From NCBI GenBank assembly GCA_016191115.1, contig JACPPG010000005.1, positions 23,119 through 87,118 on the forward strand: a stretch of DNA of 64,000 nt, read 5' to 3'. The notes beneath the pieces were generated by a model. The model searched no databases and was not told where the DNA came from. It saw nothing but the letters and a program-made list of their open reading frames with translations. Every line of letters begins with the position of its first letter. Position 1 is the first letter of the stretch. This document shows positions 57,910 to 64,000 of the stretch, in pieces. A program made the position numbers and the translations under genes. The stretch comes from Planctomycetia bacterium. Its GTDB lineage: Bacteria; Planctomycetota; Planctomycetia; Pirellulales; JACPPG01.

Positions 57910-57985
57910 GGCTTGAGGCTTGAGGAAACAGGCTTGAGGCTTGAGATCCGAGACTTGAGGAAGGGAGCCTCAAGCCTCTCCCTAG
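57910..57985. repeat. GGCTTGAG micro-tandem repeats plus inverted copy between convergent genes
   Basis: AGGCTTGAGGCTTGAGG AAAC AGGCTTGAGGCTTGAG ATCCGAGACTTGAGG AAGGGAG CCTCAAGCCTC. It has five direct (G)ACTTGAG/GGCTTGAG units and one inverted unit able to form a hairpin, so it is probably a bidirectional terminator. Confidence 0.7.
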
Positions 57986-58551
57986 AGTTGCCCGCAATCG
58001 GCAATGACTATCTTGGCCGAGGTCTTGCCGGACTGGGAGCCCAGGCCCTCGATCTTCTTCACCACGTCCATGCCTTCGACCACGTTGCCGAAGACGACGT
58101 GCTTGCCGTCGAGCCAGGGCGTCTGCACGGTGCAGAGAAAGAATTGCGAGCCGTTGGTGTTGGGGCCGGCGTTGGCCATGCTGAGAACGCCGGCTCCGGT
58201 GTGCTTGAGCGTGAAGTTCTCGTCGGGGAACTTGTTGCCGTAGATCGACTTGCCGCCGGTGCCGTCGCCGTTGGTGAAGTCGCCTCCCTGGCACATGAAC
58301 TGCGGAATGACGCGGTGGAACGCGCTCCCCTTGTAGCCGAAGCCCTTCTCGCCCGTGCACAGCGCGCGGAAGTTCTCGGCCGTTTTGGGCACGACGTCCG
58401 ACCGAAGCTCAATGACGATCCGGCCGACCATTTTTCCATCGGCCGTGACATCGAGAAAGCACCGGGGAAGCTTCTTGTCGTCGGCCGCATTGGCCAGCGA
58501 GGTGCTGAGGGCCAAGCCGAGGATTGCAAAGGCGATCAGTTGCGGGATCAT
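57982..58551 (-). CDS. Cyclophilin-type peptidyl-prolyl cis-trans isomerase, exported
   Basis: [16 protein letters not shown] and [15 protein letters not shown] hallmarks. Signal peptide [22 protein letters not shown] from ATG 58551. Confidence 0.9.
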   Translation of the reverse strand: MIPQLIAFAILGLALSTSLANAADDKKLPRCFLDVTADGKMVGRIVIELRSDVVPKTAENFRALCTGEKGFGYKGSAFHRVIPQFMCQGGDFTNGDGTGGKSIYGNKFPDENFTLKHTGAGVLSMANAGPNTNGSQFFLCTVQTPWLDGKHVVFGNVVEGMDVVKKIEGLGSQSGKTSAKIVIADCGQL

Positions 58552-58710
58552 GCGTGACTCCTGTACGGGATGCTCTCTGGCCACGCGCCAAGATAGCCGC
58601 GGGCGGTGCGGTGCGTCAAACGCTCGACTGCTATCATGGAGGCAACTCGCACACCGCGCAGGGCCGGTCTGCCGAGTGATGCGCTACGAACAAACCGCGG
58701 AGAACCCAAC

Positions 58711-59139
58711 ATGTCGCTTCTGGACGGACGCGTGATGCTGGGCGACACACTGTTGTTTGAAGGCCGCCTGTGGGTGGAAGAGCCCGGCAAGGGCCGCCCG
58801 GCCGTGTGGAAGGCGGGCTTTTTCTCCCCGCAGACGTTGCCGATGATCAAGGGAGAGTGCCGGCTGGAATTGAAAGACGGGCGGTGTGGCTTGATGTCGT
58901 GCAACAAGGCGCAGCCGGGAATGACCGGCGGCACCCACCTGCAGTTTCAAGGCATGGGCCCACTGGCCGCGTCCGATGACCAGCCCGCGGAGGAAGAAGC
59001 CACCGAACGCCTCGAGCTGCCACTGTCCCCGTCCGAGCTCGATCAATTCGAGCGGGCGGCGCGGCGCGGCAAGCTTACCCTCTCGGAATGGGTTCGCGAC
59101 CGGCTGTCGCAAGCGGCAAAGCGCGAGCTGGGGGCATAG
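58711..59139 (+). CDS. Hypothetical protein with C-terminal ribbon-helix-helix (CopG-like) segment
   Basis: The C-terminal LELPLSPSELDQFERAARRGKLTLSEWVRDRL is RHH-like. The N-terminal 90 aa are unassigned. Start at ATG 58711. Confidence 0.55.
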   Translation: MSLLDGRVMLGDTLLFEGRLWVEEPGKGRPAVWKAGFFSPQTLPMIKGECRLELKDGRCGLMSCNKAQPGMTGGTHLQFQGMGPLAASDDQPAEEEATERLELPLSPSELDQFERAARRGKLTLSEWVRDRLSQAAKRELGA

Positions 59140-59184
59140 GCGGCCGGGGGCCGACGATGGCACAGGGCCAGGGGAGCGCATCGC

Positions 59185-60456
59185 ATGACGTCAAACCTGA
59201 CCGAGCGATACTTGAAGACGCGCCGCCTCACGGAGCACTTGTGCGAGCCGCTGGAGGTGGAGGATTTCGTCGTGCAGTCCATGCCCGACGCCAGTCCCAC
59301 CCGCTGGCACCTGGCGCACACTACGTGGTTCTTCGAAACGTTCGTGCTGGCACGATGGGAGGCGGGCTACCGGCCCTTCAGCGGCGACTACCAGGTCCTC
59401 TTCAATTCCTACTACAACAGCGTTGGCGAGCCTTTCCCTCGCTCGCGACGTGGGCTCTTGACGCGGCCGACCGTGGCCGAGGTGTTCGAGTATCGCCACG
59501 CCGTCGACGAGCGGATGGCGCGGCTGCTGGGCGCGCGTGAGGGCGGCGGTTCGGAGGAAATCGCCCGCGTCGTCGAGTTGGGCATCAACCACGAACAGCA
59601 GCATCAGGAGTTGATCCTCACCGACATCAAGCACGCCTTCTCGTGCAACCCGCTCTGGCCGGCGTATCGACCCAGGCCGGACGGTGCGACGGCGATAACC
59701 GTGAAAGCGAGCGGCTGGACCGCCAAGGGCGGCGGCGTCGTGGAGATCGGGCACGCGGGACACGCGTTTGCCTTCGACAATGAGCATCCTCGGCACCGGG
59801 TCTTCTTGCAGCCGTTCGACATCCAGGATCGGCTGGTGACGGCGGGCGAATTCCTCGAGTTCATCGGGGATGGCGGCTACCGTCGGCCGGAGCTGTGGTT
59901 GTCGCTCGGCTGGTCGACCGTGCGCGAGCAGAACTGGACCGCGCCCTTGTACTGGGTCGAGCGGGACGGCGCGTGGCATCAATTCTCGCTGGGCGGGCTG
60001 CGGCCCCTCGATGTGGCAGAACCGGTATGCCACGTCAGCTTCTTCGAGGCCGACGCCTTCGCCCGGTGGCGCGGCGCGCGGCTGCCGACCGAAGCCGAAT
60101 GGGAGCACGCGGCGGCTGGCGTCGCGCTGTCCGGCAGTTTCGTCGAGAGCGAGCGATACCGTCCCAGGCCCGTCGACGGAACCGGCGCCGGGCTCGCGCA
60201 AATGTACGGCGAGTTGTGGCAGTGGACGGCCAGCCCCTACACGCCGTACCCCGGCTACGTCGTGCCGGAGGGCGCGCTCGGCGAGTACAACGGCAAATTC
60301 ATGTGCAACCAATACGTGTTGCGTGGCGGCTCGTGCGCGACGCCCGCCGGGCACGTCCGCGCGACCTATCGCAATTTTTTCCCGCCCGAAGCGCGGTGGC
60401 AATTCACCGGCATCCGCTTGGCCCGCGACGCGCAGAACAGCGCGACGGCACGATGA
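59185..60456 (+). CDS. egtB: Ergothioneine biosynthesis sulfoxide synthase EgtB (DinB-like plus FGE-sulfatase domains)
   Basis: [35 protein letters not shown] (iron-binding His residues), and the C-terminal FGE-type domain ending GIRLARD. Confidence 0.85.
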   Translation: MTSNLTERYLKTRRLTEHLCEPLEVEDFVVQSMPDASPTRWHLAHTTWFFETFVLARWEAGYRPFSGDYQVLFNSYYNSVGEPFPRSRRGLLTRPTVAEVFEYRHAVDERMARLLGAREGGGSEEIARVVELGINHEQQHQELILTDIKHAFSCNPLWPAYRPRPDGATAITVKASGWTAKGGGVVEIGHAGHAFAFDNEHPRHRVFLQPFDIQDRLVTAGEFLEFIGDGGYRRPELWLSLGWSTVREQNWTAPLYWVERDGAWHQFSLGGLRPLDVAEPVCHVSFFEADAFARWRGARLPTEAEWEHAAAGVALSGSFVESERYRPRPVDGTGAGLAQMYGELWQWTASPYTPYPGYVVPEGALGEYNGKFMCNQYVLRGGSCATPAGHVRATYRNFFPPEARWQFTGIRLARDAQNSATAR

Positions 60457-60515
60457 CAAGCGTGCGCGCTCGCGTTGACCGTCCAAGCCTGCTCGCGCAT
60501 GCTGGGAGTGGCACT

Positions 60516-60588
60516 CGGGAGGGCGAGGCTCCCGCCGAGCCGTGGCGTCAGCAAGAAGGCACGGCTCGGCGGGAGCCTCGCCCTCCCG
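60516..60588. repeat. GC-rich palindromic repeat, GGGAGGGCGAGGCTCCCGCCGAGCCG family, copy 3 (perfect)
   Basis: CGGGAGGGCGAGGCTCCCGCCGAGCCGTG (60516-60544) pairs with CACGGCTCGGCGGGAGCCTCGCCCTCCCG (60560-60588) across a 15-nt loop. It lies between egtB and the ABC ATPase gene. Confidence 0.85.
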
Positions 60589-60621
60589 GTTGCCCTGCTC
60601 CAGGCACATGAGACCCAAACG

Positions 60622-61346
<725 letters not shown>

Positions 61347-61350
<4 letters not shown>

Positions 61351-62891
61351 AACATCGGTCGACCGTCAAATTTTTCGGACTCATGGTGGTGCTGCTGGCG
61401 GCTGGGCTTATCCCGCTGCCCCGCCGGGCCGTGCAAGTGCGCATCGGATCGAAGAAGTTCACCGAATCGGTGATCCTGGGCGAGATGCTGCGCCTCCTGG
61501 TAGAAGACGCGGGGCTCGAGGCGGCCCATTACCGCGAGTTCGGCGGGACGCGGATCGTGTTCGACGCGCTCGTAGCGGGCGAAATCGACGTCTATCCCGA
61601 GTACACCGGCACGATTGCCCAGGAGATCTTTGCCGGCCAAAACGTGCCGGACAAGGCGGCGATGCGCGCCCTGCTCGCCGAGAAGGGGATCGGCATATCC
61701 GAGTCGTTGGGTTTCAGCAACACGTACGCGCTGGCCCTGACGCGCAAGCGCGCCGCCGAGCTGGGGCTGGCGCGCGTTTCGGACCTGAAGCGTCTGCCGG
61801 AGCTACGGATCGCCATAACCCATGAGTTCCTCGATCGCGGCGATGGCTGGCCGGCACTGACGCGGCACTATGACCTTCAACATCGCAACGTCGCGGGCGT
61901 GGACCACGACGTGGCTTATCGCGAATTGCTGGCCGGCGAGATCGACCTGATCGACGTGTACTCGACCGACGCCATGATTCGCCGCGGCGACCTGGTGCTG
62001 CTCGAGGACGACCAGAACTTCTTTCCCCGCTACGACGCCGTGTGGCTTTACCGGCTTGCCACCGCCGAGCGCTATCCGGCGATGCTGGCGGCCATCGAGC
62101 GGGTGCAAGGGCTACTGTCCGAGGCGGCGATGCAGTCGCTCAACGACGAGGTCGAGGCCGGCCGCGCGAGCGAAACTCAGGCGGCAGCCGAATTTCTCAA
62201 TCGGCAGGTCGGGCTGAACGTCGAAGTGCGCGAGCCGTCGCGAACGCGGATGATCGCGCGGCACGTGATCGAACATCTGGATCTGGTGCGGCGGTCGCTT
62301 TTGCCGGCGATCGTCGTGGGCATCGCGCTCGGAATCTTTTGCCAGCGCCGCCCGCGAGCCGGCCGGTTCGTTCTGCCGGCGGTGGGGCTACTGCAAACGA
62401 TCCCTTCGCTGGCCCTGCTCGTGCTATTGTTGCCGCTGGTTGCCGCGCTGGGCTACCACAGCATTGGCGAAGGGTCGGTGACGGCCGTGACGGCGCTATT
62501 CTGCTATTGCCTGCTCCCCATCGTGCGAAATACGTACACGGGCATCGACGGCATCCAGCGCGGCACGATTGAGTCGGCGACCGTATTGGGCCTCGGCCCG
62601 ATGGCGCGGTTGATCGAAATCGAGCTGCCAATCGCGCTACCGACCATATTGGCCGGAATCCGCACGTCGGCCGTGCAAAACGTGGGCTTCGCGACGTTGG
62701 GCGCGATCATTGGCGCCGGGGGCCTGGGCCAGCCGATCCTAAGGGGCATCCGCGTCAACGACGTGTCGCTGATCCTGGCCGGCGCCATTCCCGCCGCCCT
62801 GTTGGCGCTCGTTTTGCAGGTGTCAATCGACGCGATCGAATGGCTGGTCGTCCCGCGCGGCTTGAAGCGCGGAGCCGCCGTGCAAGAATGA
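61347..62891 (+). CDS. Fused quaternary-amine substrate-binding domain plus ABC permease (OpuC/EgtU-like)
   Basis: The N-terminal half is an OpuAC-type binding domain (IGSKKFTES.ILGEM......G........GGT...F.AL..GEIDVYPEYTGT). The C-terminal half is a BPD-type permease with the EAA-like loop (IESATVLGLGPMARLIEIELP). Confidence 0.85.
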
Positions 62892-62916
62892 ACGGGCACA
62901 AGTGCCGGTACGGAGA

Positions 62917-63207
62917 ATGAGCATGAAAGCGATCTGGAACGACAAGATCATTGCCGAAAGCGCCGACACCGTGGTCGTCGAAGGAAACCACTATTTTCCG
63001 CCGGACAGCGTGAACGCCGAATATCTCCGCGATAGCAGCACCACCACCGCGTGCGGCTGGAAGGGGACGGCCCAGTATTACGACCTTTTCGTGGATGGAA
63101 AGACGAATCCTGGCGCGGCGTGGTACTACCCGGCGCCAAAAGAAGCGGCCCAACAGATCAAGGGGCGGATAGCGTTCTGGAAAGGCGTGAACGTTGTTGA
63201 CGGGTAG
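62917..63207 (+). CDS. DUF427 domain protein
   Basis: A..NG.VIAES.....V.EGN.YFP...V........S...T.C.WKG.A.YY pattern. The start is ATG 62917 or 62923. Confidence 0.75.
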   Translation: MSMKAIWNDKIIAESADTVVVEGNHYFPPDSVNAEYLRDSSTTTACGWKGTAQYYDLFVDGKTNPGAAWYYPAPKEAAQQIKGRIAFWKGVNVVDG

Positions 63208-63214
63208 CGAACAG

Positions 63215-63242
63215 GCGGCTCGGCGGGAGCCTCGCCTTCCCT
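63215..63242. repeat. Solo arm of the GGGAGGGCGAGGCTCCCGCCGAGCC palindrome family
   Basis: GGCGGCTCGGCGGGAGCCTCGCCTTCCC has no partner arm nearby. It lies just after the DUF427 stop. Confidence 0.65.
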
Positions 63243-63286
63243 AGGACGCAACCACGAAGTGCAAGATGGCAAAGTGGAAAACAGCG

Positions 63287-63742
63287 TCAGGTCACGTCGA
63301 GAATCGTCAAACCGCATGCGGCAGAGGCCACGGCGAGGAGTTTCTTGTCCGCCGCCACGAACCCGGCGACCGCGCCGCGGCGGTGCAATGCCTGAGCCGT
63401 CGCCAGATGAATAGCGTCGACCGTCCGAATGCTGTGTGTCATGCCGTGTGTAGCGAAGATGGTAGCGGCTCCTTCGAGGCGACGGCTGCTGACCGCGGCT
63501 ACGTTCAGAATCCCAGTCCCCACGTCCTCTTCCAATCGGGCGATCAGCCTGGCGAAATCTGCTTCGGCAAGGACTCGCTCGCGAACGAGGCGTGCAAACG
63601 CGGAATGGATCTCGACTATCGCTATCCGTGAAATGAACAACCGGTTGTCTGCCGCGGCGAACAGGGCATCAACACCGGTTGAACCGTGCTCTTGGTGGTA
63701 GCGCTTCACCAGGGCGCTAGAGTCGAGGAAGTAACGAGCCAT
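63287..63742 (-). CDS. vapC: PIN-domain ribonuclease toxin VapC
   Basis: The ATG at 63742 gives MARYFLDSSALVKRY (first acidic residue). Later IAIVE and TVDAIHLATA motifs. Its start lies 2 nt after the antitoxin stop. Confidence 0.8.
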   Translation of the reverse strand: MARYFLDSSALVKRYHQEHGSTGVDALFAAADNRLFISRIAIVEIHSAFARLVRERVLAEADFARLIARLEEDVGTGILNVAAVSSRRLEGAATIFATHGMTHSIRTVDAIHLATAQALHRRGAVAGFVAADKKLLAVASAACGLTILDVT

Positions 63743-63743
63743 C

Positions 63744-64000
63744 TTAACGCTCGTCTCGTTCCTCAGAAATACGATCTGCCAACGACCCCCTGAAGGCACT
63801 CAGCGTCCGCCGCACTTCCTCCAGCGAAGGCGCGCGTCCCAGCCCTTGACGGCACGAGTCCATAAACTCATCATCGAGCAAGTCTTCAACATTGGCCAGA
63901 TCACCCACTTGAGTCGGCGGGGATTCCACGTTCAACGACACACGCTGGCCATTGGCAAGCTGTACGGGATTCTCGGGACGAAACACCCCATTCTCAAAGA
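63744..64000 (-). CDS. DUF104-family antitoxin (5' end runs off the window)
   Basis: The frame stays open to nt 64000 and reads ..FENGVFRPENPVQLANGQRVSLNV, the DUF104 antitoxin signature. The listed start at 63986 is therefore internal. Confidence 0.7.
   Translation of the reverse strand, partial: FENGVFRPENPVQLANGQRVSLNVESPPTQVGDLANVEDLLDDEFMDSCRQGLGRAPSLEEVRRTLSAFRGSLADRISEERDER

Overview
The window is GC-rich chromosomal DNA. Its gene content points to a Planctomycetota (Pirellulales-like) genome, which is an inference: a DUF1559/H-X9-DG pseudopilin-like protein, a PEP-CTERM protein, an ECF sigma module, many Tat/Sec/lipoprotein exported proteins and weak SD usage. I support about 50 protein genes. 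They include a 5'-truncated giant DUF4082/Ig-like repeat protein, several glycosyltransferases including a GtrB-like/methyltransferase/membrane-GT operon, a PL10 pectate-lyase::BNR fusion, an ECF sigma/anti-sigma pair, rpoD, sufU-sufS, a di-haem cytochrome c peroxidase, cutA, mgtE, a fatty-acid desaturase, pirin, a TMEM175-type channel, a cyclophilin, egtB followed by a betaine-type ABC importer, and a VapC/DUF104 TA pair at the right edge. There is one tRNA-Cys(GCA). I found no rRNA, CRISPR array, transposase, integrase or prophage. The most interesting signal is non-coding. (1) Six copies of a 157-bp element carry CAGGGCC termini and 10-11 bp target-site duplications. The element folds into a long hairpin whose G-U pairs fit only one strand. 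I interpret it as a MITE-like mobile element that may be a structured RNA. (2) A second, unrelated 124-125 bp MITE-like family has 19-bp terminal inverted repeats (2 copies). (3) There are several families of GC-rich palindromes and short tandem motifs in intergenic DNA. One copy of the 157-bp element appears to have removed the stop codon of a gene in the ECF operon. All functional calls come from motif recognition by eye; no database search was possible. Many start codons are my own re-assignments within the supplied ORFs.
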